The translations under genes and the position numbers were made by a program. Positions 1-7,917 of a DNA stretch of 32,000 nt are shown one piece after another. How positions within the stretch are numbered: position 1 is the first letter of the stretch; the number at the start of each line of letters is the position of its first letter. Source of the stretch: Fastidiosibacter lacustris (lineage in GTDB: Bacteria; Pseudomonadota; Gammaproteobacteria; Francisellales; Francisellaceae); the NCBI RefSeq assembly GCF_003428155.1, contig NZ_QLIR01000007.1, positions 1 to 32,000 on the forward strand, written 5' to 3'. A model generated the notes under the pieces. The model saw only the letters and a list, made by a program, of their open reading frames with translations, ran no database searches and was not told the DNA's origin.

Positions 1-68
1 AACACCAATAGCAACTTTTACTGATGGGAAAACGCACTGGCAAGAGAAGGTTGAATTGCTCAACCATA
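1..68 (-). CDS. possible 5' end of an unidentified gene running off the left edge (only 22 codons visible)
   Basis: ATG at 66-68 on the minus strand opens MVEQFNLLLPVRFPISKSCYWC with no stop before the window edge. Its first ~20 nt closely resemble the 5' region of the RibD paralog at 6174-6200. Too short to classify. Confidence 0.2.
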
Positions 69-172
69 TCTGACAAAAATCGCGTTTGAAAAATAGGCAA
101 CTGTCAGGTCAAGTCTAAACTTATACAACTTAGCAGAAGCATATTTTTTACAATTTTTTTAGTTTACGGCAT

Positions 173-751
173 TTATTGCTCAAATGTACATGTTGGAGCA
201 TTACTCGTTTGTAATATAAACGTTGCAAATCGCTCACCATACAATTCTGCAGTGCGAAGATCTCCAGAGTTTTCTATTCTGCACTGTTCAGACTGTGCCA
301 TTGCCCCTATATTAGAGCCAAACCTATTAATACAATCAACATCACCCCGATCGTATTGCGGTTCTGAAGATTGGTTATTAATTCCCAAGGAAATCCAATT
401 CATTTTATGCTGGCAGGCAAAAATAAATAAGGTCATTAATGTATTAAGCTTATCGCCATTAGTGCTATTTGAGCTAGTAAAACCACCGGCGAATTTATCT
501 TTCCAAGCACTTACCGCCCAACGAGATGAACTTTTGTCCATAAACTGTTTGAAGCCACCAGAAACAGTTCCCATATAAGTGGGTGAGCCAAATAAAATGC
601 CATCATATTGATCCAATACTTCAACATTTGTATTTGCATCAGCAAACACCATATCCACATCCTTAATATGTTTTAATACGCCTTTTTTAACAGCTTCTGC
701 CATTGCTTTGGTTGTGCCATATGAACTGCTGTATACGATTGCGATTTTCAT
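173..751 (-). CDS. flavodoxin-like-fold NAD(P)H:quinone oxidoreductase (WrbA-type)
   Basis: 192-aa ORF. It has the MKIAIVYSSSYGTTKAMAEAV flavodoxin-type N-terminus and an FGSPTYMGTVSGGFKQFMD segment like WrbA-family proteins. GGGAG SD lies 6 nt upstream of the ATG. Confidence 0.7.
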   Translation of the reverse strand: MKIAIVYSSSYGTTKAMAEAVKKGVLKHIKDVDMVFADANTNVEVLDQYDGILFGSPTYMGTVSGGFKQFMDKSSSRWAVSAWKDKFAGGFTSSNSTNGDKLNTLMTLFIFACQHKMNWISLGINNQSSEPQYDRGDVDCINRFGSNIGAMAQSEQCRIENSGDLRTAELYGERFATFILQTSNAPTCTFEQ

Positions 752-803
752 TTATTTCTCCCTTGGTTATTGATTAAAGCAAATCATCAATTCTTTATGT
801 AAT

Positions 804-832
804 TTTAAATTTGTCATATAGATGGTCGTCAA
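804..832 (-). promoter_or_regulatory. candidate sigma70 promoter for the flavodoxin-like gene (TTGACG-N17-TTTAAA on the minus strand)
   Basis: Reverse complement of 827-832 is TTGACG. 804-809 reads TTTAAA on the minus strand. The spacer is 17 nt. Hexamer reading only. Confidence 0.25.
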
Positions 833-845
833 ATATAGCATAATA

Positions 846-2069
846 TTATGTATGCGCTTGCTCACTCTTTGTTTTACATACAGAACTAATAAATTGTTCT
901 ATCCAGATAATTGGAATAATTATTAATGGAGCTGCACTGCATACTAACCATAGCGTATAAATATTGCTTATTGCTATGATCCAAGATCCAATACTGGCAT
1001 AACACAGAAGAACCGCACTGATGGTCATCTGGTACCATATCATATATTCTGCTTGTCTTTGCATGGGTTTACTTAATTTTGCAACATCCGAAAGTAAAAT
1101 AGGCCAAAAAAGAATATCACCTAAACAAATCAAGCCATAGGCTAACCATAGAAACGTTATATGAGATAATCCACTGTAAAGCAGTAAAAAGCCACTACTA
1201 AAAACAATGACTCCAAGTATTAAAGAAACATGATTTCGATACTTGTTTAGTGCGTTCACTAAATAAACCTCTAAACCCAAAATAAATACAAAATCACTTG
1301 CAAGAATCAAGCCAAACTGTGATTTAGATAATCCTAAATACTCAACGTAATATATAGGAATAAATGCGACTGTTTGAAAAAATGCAAACGAGAAAATAGC
1401 AAGTTTTAATAAAATCAATAAAAAAGATTTGTTTAATAATGGATGTTTTTCTTGTGCTAAGCTCGTTTTTTCATCAGCACCCTGTGAGTTTGAAATGTAA
1501 TCCCGTTTTATAAGTAAAAATATACTGACCAATATACTGATTGAAGCAAAGAAAATTGCCATTAAGAGATAGGATATATCAGCCATTAACCCGCCGATTA
1601 AAATACCAATGGTTCCCCCTGTACTAATGCATACTCGGTACAATGCGTAAGCATTTTTTCTGATTAATTCATCCTCTATTTTTGCTAACCGGTATTGAAA
1701 TCCCGGTCTATAGAAGGCTCCAAAAACACCAATGAAAAAGAAATAGCACAGTAAAATTTGCGTGTGGTGAGACAAAAATATTGTGCCAAAATTTAGGATT
1801 GAAAGACCTGCAAATGAAATGGTGACTACCACCGTTGGCTGAAATAATTTAAGCAATTTACCAGTGAGTTTTGTACCTATAATTGATCCAGCTCCAGATG
1901 CACTTAAAGCATAACCAATATCAATAATGTTAACTTTGACATATTGCTGCAGAAATAATGAATAAAATGAACTATATGCAGTACCAATGTAAGCAAATCC
2001 AAAAACGAAGATTAATATTAATATATCTTTTGGGATTAGTTTGAACGCTTTTTGATAGGATTTAATCAT
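846..2069 (-). CDS. MFS transporter (putative exporter of the operon product)
   Basis: 407-aa ORF made almost entirely of hydrophobic helices in a ~12-TM pattern. Its start overlaps the stop of the upstream propeller gene by 8 nt. Confidence 0.7.
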   Translation of the reverse strand: MIKSYQKAFKLIPKDILILIFVFGFAYIGTAYSSFYSLFLQQYVKVNIIDIGYALSASGAGSIIGTKLTGKLLKLFQPTVVVTISFAGLSILNFGTIFLSHHTQILLCYFFFIGVFGAFYRPGFQYRLAKIEDELIRKNAYALYRVCISTGGTIGILIGGLMADISYLLMAIFFASISILVSIFLLIKRDYISNSQGADEKTSLAQEKHPLLNKSFLLILLKLAIFSFAFFQTVAFIPIYYVEYLGLSKSQFGLILASDFVFILGLEVYLVNALNKYRNHVSLILGVIVFSSGFLLLYSGLSHITFLWLAYGLICLGDILFWPILLSDVAKLSKPMQRQAEYMIWYQMTISAVLLCYASIGSWIIAISNIYTLWLVCSAAPLIIIPIIWIEQFISSVCKTKSEQAHT

Positions 2070-3867
2070 GCAGTACCTCTATATGTCTAGGAACTAGTTG
2101 TTCATCATGTATTTGCATGATTTTTAACTGCTTATAACGCCCATATACTAGAAATGTATAACCATCTTCAGATAAGTGAAGCAATCCTTTTGAATAGTCT
2201 AAATTATCATAACATTCATCCAAAACTGTCCCATTTTGATAATCGATTAAAAAAATCCTTTTGGCATAGGTTATGGCAATTAAGTACTTTGAGTCTTGAG
2301 TAATCAAATAATCTTCGACTGTGTTCTTCCCAATCTCGAATTCATCTTGATTATGATGCCATTCGCCATTTATATATTGAATCCTATCTATTGAAGAGCT
2401 TCTAGTAACAAGTAGGTCATGACCATGCCATTTCATTCTCTTTGGAAGATAAGATGAAGTTTTGGCCACTTCAATTAAATTGTTGTTGTGATTTAATGTG
2501 AAAACATATAAATTTCCTACTCGCTCAGCAACCGCGATAAAACTATATGTATGGCTATAAGCTAAACTCCATAAAGGCGCATTGAGTATAAACTTGGATA
2601 TAATACTTCTTTTCTTTAGACAGACAACAAAGAGGGTGTAATTTTCACAGGCTACAAATAGTTGATCGTGACCAACACAAATATCTCTTACCACACTACC
2701 AATTCCAACAGTTTTAATTAATCTAAGTTTGCATTGATCAAAAATATAAATAACCCCATCAGTCGAACCACAAATTAAGTCATTTTTATAGGAGACTACT
2801 CTCTTATAATAACTAGTTCCTTTAACACATACTTCAGCATGATTGAAAATTAGTTGATTGACCTTAAAGTTAAACTTTAAAACTCGATTACAATCGCCAC
2901 CTAAATATATTGAATGATTATTCAAATTAACACATGAGCTCCAAATACAAAAATCGCCACCACTTTTTAATGTTTGTTTCTTCCCAGTCTCAATGTTAAT
3001 TTTATACAAAGACCCATCTCTAACTTGTGCTAATACATTTTGATCATTTATATGGCGTATCCATCGAATTTTAAAAGGCAAATGTGCAAGCACAGATTTT
3101 ACTGCAAGTGTATTCAAATCAATATTGTAAAGTTTTTTATCAAAGCTTGAAGCAATAAGCTGTTTTGTTTGCTTATTATATGTAACGTGTTCTAGATCAT
3201 CATGTGAGACTTCTTCACTATATTCATAGTTTATTGGATTGTTTAAATGAAATTTAAAAAGCCTTCTTGCATCGCTAGCAGCTACAAATTGATCATTTTC
3301 AATATGCTCAAACCAATGAATAGTTTCATTACTTTCTGTAAATTTCACCGAAGTGAACAGTTGATTTGATTCTAAATTATAGATGTAAATTTCTCCACGA
3401 TTTGTGCCTGCAAGTAAAAATTTTTTGTATACTCTCAAAGTGACAATTGCGTGATGAACCTCTTCCCCAAAAACTGCTATCACTTCGCCAATCATAGTTA
3501 CTCGTACAATAAAGTTGCGTGGTGTTACAAAAAATACTTCCTCCGAATTAGAATTAAAACAAATTCCTTGCCCTTCATTATGAACAATAGGACGAGTAAA
3601 TTTTTCTGGAGTTAGATCTCTATAAAATATCCTTGCTATTGGTTTTATATCATTTTCACAAGATAAAATATAAACAAAAAAATCTTTCCCTAGAGTGGCA
3701 ATATATGGTTTGTTACAATGACTAGCTATTGCTTGGATAGTACCATTATGGAGCTTATAGTCTTTAATTAACGACATATCATCAACATTCAAATGAATAA
3801 TATTACCTTCTTTGTCTCCCGCATAACAACTTGACCCTATAACAGCAAAAGAATTTATGTGATACAT
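2062..3867 (-). CDS. divergent beta-propeller repeat protein (second propeller of the operon)
   Basis: 601-aa ORF with recurring ~40-aa blade-like units (GTNRGEIYIYNL, GSTDGVIYIFD, ERVGNLYVFTL, DKKLYNIDL). It lacks canonical WD dipeptides. It is translationally coupled to the downstream MFS gene. Confidence 0.5.
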   Translation of the reverse strand: MYHINSFAVIGSSCYAGDKEGNIIHLNVDDMSLIKDYKLHNGTIQAIASHCNKPYIATLGKDFFVYILSCENDIKPIARIFYRDLTPEKFTRPIVHNEGQGICFNSNSEEVFFVTPRNFIVRVTMIGEVIAVFGEEVHHAIVTLRVYKKFLLAGTNRGEIYIYNLESNQLFTSVKFTESNETIHWFEHIENDQFVAASDARRLFKFHLNNPINYEYSEEVSHDDLEHVTYNKQTKQLIASSFDKKLYNIDLNTLAVKSVLAHLPFKIRWIRHINDQNVLAQVRDGSLYKINIETGKKQTLKSGGDFCIWSSCVNLNNHSIYLGGDCNRVLKFNFKVNQLIFNHAEVCVKGTSYYKRVVSYKNDLICGSTDGVIYIFDQCKLRLIKTVGIGSVVRDICVGHDQLFVACENYTLFVVCLKKRSIISKFILNAPLWSLAYSHTYSFIAVAERVGNLYVFTLNHNNNLIEVAKTSSYLPKRMKWHGHDLLVTRSSSIDRIQYINGEWHHNQDEFEIGKNTVEDYLITQDSKYLIAITYAKRIFLIDYQNGTVLDECYDNLDYSKGLLHLSEDGYTFLVYGRYKQLKIMQIHDEQLVPRHIEVLHD

Positions 3868-3868
3868 A

Positions 3869-3879
3869 TGTGAGCACTA
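3869..3879. repeat. inverted-repeat arm 1 (TGTGAGCACTA)
   Basis: Perfect reverse complement of 4076-4086. It lies 1 nt from the ATG (3865-3867) of the propeller gene. Confidence 0.9.
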
Positions 3880-4075
3880 CCTTTTAATTAATGTGAGTTT
3901 ATTTTTTTTAAAAAATATAAAGAAATAAAAAGTTATTTGGATGATCTCTTGACTTAAACGTTGTATTTGGCATGTTTTCCCCCTTCCTATTTGCTAGAAT
4001 TATTACTAGGTAATACTGAAACAGCTTTATTTTGATTAATAATCATAATTTTTTCCTCTATGTTGTTTGTTATAA

Positions 4076-4086
4076 TAGTGCTCACA
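4076..4086. repeat. inverted-repeat arm 2 (TAGTGCTCACA)
   Basis: Perfect reverse complement of 3869-3879. It lies 9 nt from the stop codon (4096-4098) of the FGE-domain gene. Confidence 0.9.
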
Positions 4087-4095
4087 CATATATCA

Positions 4096-5070
4096 CTAAA
4101 TTTCTACTAATCTAAACCCCATGACATAAATATCCTTAGAAAACCGCCCATGCCTTCTTGTTGTTCGGGCTAAATCATGATGTCTAGTAAAAGACCCGCC
4201 TCGTGCAATACGATATTCATCGATATCACCCAAATCATCAATTACCGCTTTTCCATTAGGGTATGGACGATAATAATCTTGTACATATTCTTCGACATTC
4301 CCAGACATATCTGAAACCCCAAATGGTGAATTTCCCTTGGGGAAAATACCCACGGGGGTACTGGAATAAAGCCCTGTCTCCAGTGTGTTGCATAGATTGG
4401 GCTTATATTCATTTCCCCAAGGATATTCATAATGAGCTGGACCTGAAGCAGCATACTCCCATTCATATTCGGTTGGTAACCTGAAAAATCTTCCCGTTTT
4501 TTTGGACAACCATTGAGTATATGAAATTGCGGCGTCATCAGAGATACTATAAACAGGGTGATTTGATTTCAAATACGGGTAAATGCCAAATTCCCAACTA
4601 CTAGGGAGCTCACAATATTTTGTATCTAATAAAAAGTCGTAATAATTCTCATTAGTTACCAGGTATTTAGATACTTTAAATGCTTTAACCATAACAGTAA
4701 ACTTAGGAACTTCCTTTAGTATCCATTCTTTCTTCACCCCCAATTGATTAAATCTGTCAAAAACTTCATAAGCCTTATTGATATTGATACCAATTTCAAC
4801 CTCTCCTGCGGGAATTTCAATCATTTTTGGGGTAATGGTTGAAGTTCTTGGATCCCCCATCAAACCTAAGAGAATACCTGCAGCATAGCGATATTCAAAA
4901 AGCTCATGGGACTCAGCTGTTAAGACAAGTTCATGCTTATTGCATTTTTTAATATGCAGCAACGCATTAGATAGATTAGGGACTCTCGTATCAACACTAT
5001 GCATTGACAGACCCATTGCTTCGCGATCATCCATTTGATTGATTATCTTTTTTATATCAGAAACAAGCAT
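4096..5070 (-). CDS. formylglycine-generating-enzyme (FGE/SUMF1, ex-DUF323) domain protein, ToxD-like
   Basis: 324-aa ORF. It carries the C-terminal FGE-sulfatase signatures MSGNVEEYVQDYY and RIARGGSFTRHHDLARTTRRHGR. Its start lies 1 nt after the stop of the RibD paralog. Confidence 0.7.
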   Translation of the reverse strand: MLVSDIKKIINQMDDREAMGLSMHSVDTRVPNLSNALLHIKKCNKHELVLTAESHELFEYRYAAGILLGLMGDPRTSTITPKMIEIPAGEVEIGININKAYEVFDRFNQLGVKKEWILKEVPKFTVMVKAFKVSKYLVTNENYYDFLLDTKYCELPSSWEFGIYPYLKSNHPVYSISDDAAISYTQWLSKKTGRFFRLPTEYEWEYAASGPAHYEYPWGNEYKPNLCNTLETGLYSSTPVGIFPKGNSPFGVSDMSGNVEEYVQDYYRPYPNGKAVIDDLGDIDEYRIARGGSFTRHHDLARTTRRHGRFSKDIYVMGFRLVEI

Positions 5071-5071
5071 T

Positions 5072-6178
5072 TTATAGTTTCCTTATCTCAGGACGGATGG
5101 GTTTCCATACCGCTTTAATATCATTTCCAGATGGTGAGGTGTGATCTAATGAAAAGTGTAGACAATTTTGTAATGTTCTTATTTGATCAAACCAAACGGA
5201 AGATTTGCTGTGATTACCTAATGGTTTTGGTGAAATATAGGTTATATATTCATCAACAAGATCTTCTTTGAAGAAACCACCGGCTAAATCAGCCCCACAC
5301 TCCACTAAAAGATAATTAATATTTCTCTTTGATAAATCCTCTACAATAAACGTCAGGTTTATTTTTCCATTTATTGACGGTGCTTTGACAATCAATAAAT
5401 TTTGTAGTTTAAGAAGATATTTAGGAATCTCATTTTCTTTCTTTAAAGTATAAACAATTATTTTTGCTTGAAACTTAATAATATTATCCACTTCTGAAAT
5501 GAACAAAGATGAATCCAAAATAACACAAACAGGTTGTTTTATTTCATGTAATCCTATATCTATACTCTTTGGCAACTCTCTAACAGTTAATTTACAGTCA
5601 TCCTGTTTTATTGTTTTTATGCTGGTAAGAACAGCATCTGACATTGCACGTATATGGTGAACATCCCTTCTTGAGTGATCACAACTAATCCACTTGCTAT
5701 TATTTGTACAATCAGCAATTTTTCCATCTAATGTAATTGCTTGTTTAAGCACTACCCAAGGACGTTTATAGTCAAACCTATGGAAATAACCTTTGTTTAA
5801 TTCTATATATTTGCTCTGTAGTTCTACTGATTGCAACTGCCTAATGCTTATCCCTTCCTTTTTTAGTGAATCAATTCCTTTTCCAGCAATCAGAGGGTTT
5901 GGGTCTGGCAATAAATAGATCACATCGGTAATCTTAGACTCAATAATCTGCTCACAACATGGTGGAGTTTTGCCAAAATGACAACAAGGCTCTAAGGTAA
6001 CATACATTTTTATATTGAGTGACTCTGAAGTTATTTTAGGGGTATGTTCAAGTGCTAAAATCTCAGCATGTTTCCCACCATATGATAAATGCGCTCCTTC
6101 CGAGATAATATGTCCGTCATGGACAATAACACACCCAACCATTGGATTAGGACTTGGTATAGCGACCTTGCTTAGCAA
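5072..6178 (-). CDS. RibD-like bifunctional pyrimidine deaminase/reductase paralog (ToxE-like), with disrupted 5' end
   Basis: 368-aa ORF with PNPMVGCVIV, GGKHAEILAL and VTLEPCCHFGKTPPCC zinc-deaminase motifs plus a C-terminal reductase-like half. The ORF-track start is a TTG. The canonical N-terminus MDRAIQLAKQGRYTKS is encoded from the ATG at 6197 in another frame (see finding). Confidence 0.75.
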   Translation of the reverse strand: MLSKVAIPSPNPMVGCVIVHDGHIISEGAHLSYGGKHAEILALEHTPKITSESLNIKMYVTLEPCCHFGKTPPCCEQIIESKITDVIYLLPDPNPLIAGKGIDSLKKEGISIRQLQSVELQSKYIELNKGYFHRFDYKRPWVVLKQAITLDGKIADCTNNSKWISCDHSRRDVHHIRAMSDAVLTSIKTIKQDDCKLTVRELPKSIDIGLHEIKQPVCVILDSSLFISEVDNIIKFQAKIIVYTLKKENEIPKYLLKLQNLLIVKAPSINGKINLTFIVEDLSKRNINYLLVECGADLAGGFFKEDLVDEYITYISPKPLGNHSKSSVWFDQIRTLQNCLHFSLDHTSPSGNDIKAVWKPIRPEIRKL

Positions 6179-6219
6179 GTTGAATTGCTCTATCCATAAA
6201 AATACAATCTTGCTCTAGT

Positions 6220-7917
6220 TTATAACCTCTCATAAATATTTCCATTATAGCTACTAGCTAAAAAACATTTTTGATCAGCATTGTAGATCATGCATGATAT
6301 CCCTGAGGTACACGGTCTAAAATTTTGCCATAAGCCACTGTCTAAATGATATATATAAATATCACCATAATAACCACCCGTAGCAATAAATTTCTTATCA
6401 TCGCTTATAGCAATACATTTAATGGAGTGCTTGTGCGGTGTATTAATAATGCTTTGCTCAGTAAGACTAGTTAATCTTAGTGTTAAGTCTCTACTTACTG
6501 AGACAAATTTATTGTCTTGATAATAAATACATCCATTAATGATTTTATCATGGGCGTTTTCTAAGCGTTTCACACAGTTAAAGTCATGTATTGAATGAAA
6601 TGCAGCATTGCAGTTTGCACTTACTGAATAAATAAAATCCTGTGATGTAGCTATCGATTTTATTGCATTATCATGAGCTTGAATTAGTTGGTATAAATTT
6701 AATGCCGCGCCATTTATCTTAAGGATGACAATGTCGCCTGTATAGGTGCCAATGGCAACATAAGTGCATCCATTGTTTAAATATTTAATAGCACAGTTTA
6801 TAGGTGAGTGGTGTTGATAAACGCTCGTGACGCCCTCACCATTTACCTGATAAACTGTACCAGTTTGTCCCCCAACTAATAAAAATTGATCAACCTTGAT
6901 GATAAAGTTACATAAACTTGGAACATCTGAAAGTGAATATTTATATTTTTTTCCATTAACACTCCTGCAGATTACAGCTCCCGCATCACCAACACTGAAA
7001 ATATCATCATCGCTTTTACAGATGGCATTAATACCAGAGGTAGGTATCACATTAGTTAAGTCCCAGCTACCTGATTCGATATTTAACTTGGCGTAACTTG
7101 ATCCAAATGTTGATACAACTAAGCTATTTTCATTCTGAAAATCACAAGATCTAGCCCAGATTTGATATGGGTAGGGCATTTTCTTAACCAAAACGAGATC
7201 ATTATTACTTGAAACTTGCCAAATAGCTAAATACCGATCATAGCTCAAGCTAATAAGCTGACTAAATTCTTGTGAGTATAATAATCGTTTAATCCCAGCG
7301 TTATGTGCTTTAATCACTGATATCTCATCATTTTCAAATATATAGATTTCTCCTTTATCGTTGCCAGAAAAAATACATTCGGCACCTTTAACTGCAATTG
7401 TATCGGTCTCTATCCCTTTGAGATCTGTTGAGTTAAGTAGTTTTCCTGTAAATGGTGACCATCTTTTTATCGTTCCATCATCACTACTACTAATGGCAAT
7501 TTCATCGTTAAGCCAAGATACTGATAATACATCTTGTTTGTGTCCTTTAAGTATATGGATAAGATTGCCTTCAATATCACAAAAATAAATATTATGGTCC
7601 CTTGAGGTAAAAATAATGTACTTATCAGAAGGGTGAAATGCAACACCTTCTGTATCATCTTTAGCAAATGTAAATATGGCTAAACAGTGTAACTCAGGTA
7701 CCGACCAGAGCCGTACAGTATAGTCACTGCTACTTGAAAGTAATAATTGACCATTATGACTAAACACGCACTGATTAACCAGATGGTCATGTGAGACTGA
7801 GGCAATTGCATTGGATTTAGTTGAGTCCCACAAAATTAACTTATTATCATATCCTGCTGTCGCAACATAATTATCCTTGGTGGCAACACCGCTAATTGGG
7901 CTGGAATGCATAGTCAT
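6220..7917 (-). CDS. WD40 repeat protein, ToxC-like
   Basis: 565-aa ORF with canonical WD40 blades (GYDNKLILWD, SSSDYTVRLWS, SSDDGTIKRWS, SYDRYLAIWQ). It has a 4-nt ATGA overlap with the upstream GTP cyclohydrolase II gene. Confidence 0.75.
   Translation of the reverse strand: MTMHSSPISGVATKDNYVATAGYDNKLILWDSTKSNAIASVSHDHLVNQCVFSHNGQLLLSSSSDYTVRLWSVPELHCLAIFTFAKDDTEGVAFHPSDKYIIFTSRDHNIYFCDIEGNLIHILKGHKQDVLSVSWLNDEIAISSSDDGTIKRWSPFTGKLLNSTDLKGIETDTIAVKGAECIFSGNDKGEIYIFENDEISVIKAHNAGIKRLLYSQEFSQLISLSYDRYLAIWQVSSNNDLVLVKKMPYPYQIWARSCDFQNENSLVVSTFGSSYAKLNIESGSWDLTNVIPTSGINAICKSDDDIFSVGDAGAVICRSVNGKKYKYSLSDVPSLCNFIIKVDQFLLVGGQTGTVYQVNGEGVTSVYQHHSPINCAIKYLNNGCTYVAIGTYTGDIVILKINGAALNLYQLIQAHDNAIKSIATSQDFIYSVSANCNAAFHSIHDFNCVKRLENAHDKIINGCIYYQDNKFVSVSRDLTLRLTSLTEQSIINTPHKHSIKCIAISDDKKFIATGGYYGDIYIYHLDSGLWQNFRPCTSGISCMIYNADQKCFLASSYNGNIYERL

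Noticed and set aside
252-578. ORF-track entries antisense to or nested within longer well-supported genes. Examples: 252-578, 4242-4538, 4263-4484, 6015-6218, 6896-7096, 7361-7588, 7467-7667, 9624-9848, 12692-12910, 16288-16491, 17640-17825, 18733-18921, 19069-19411, 20238-20695, 21373-21594, 21983-22322, 23863-24601, 24700-24900, 24960-25151, 26559-27340, 28858-29100, 30492-30791, 31588-31990.
   Set aside because: All are short shadow ORFs overlapping genes with clear family motifs. Their translations are low-complexity with no recognisable motifs and have no SD sequences. I treat them as non-coding.
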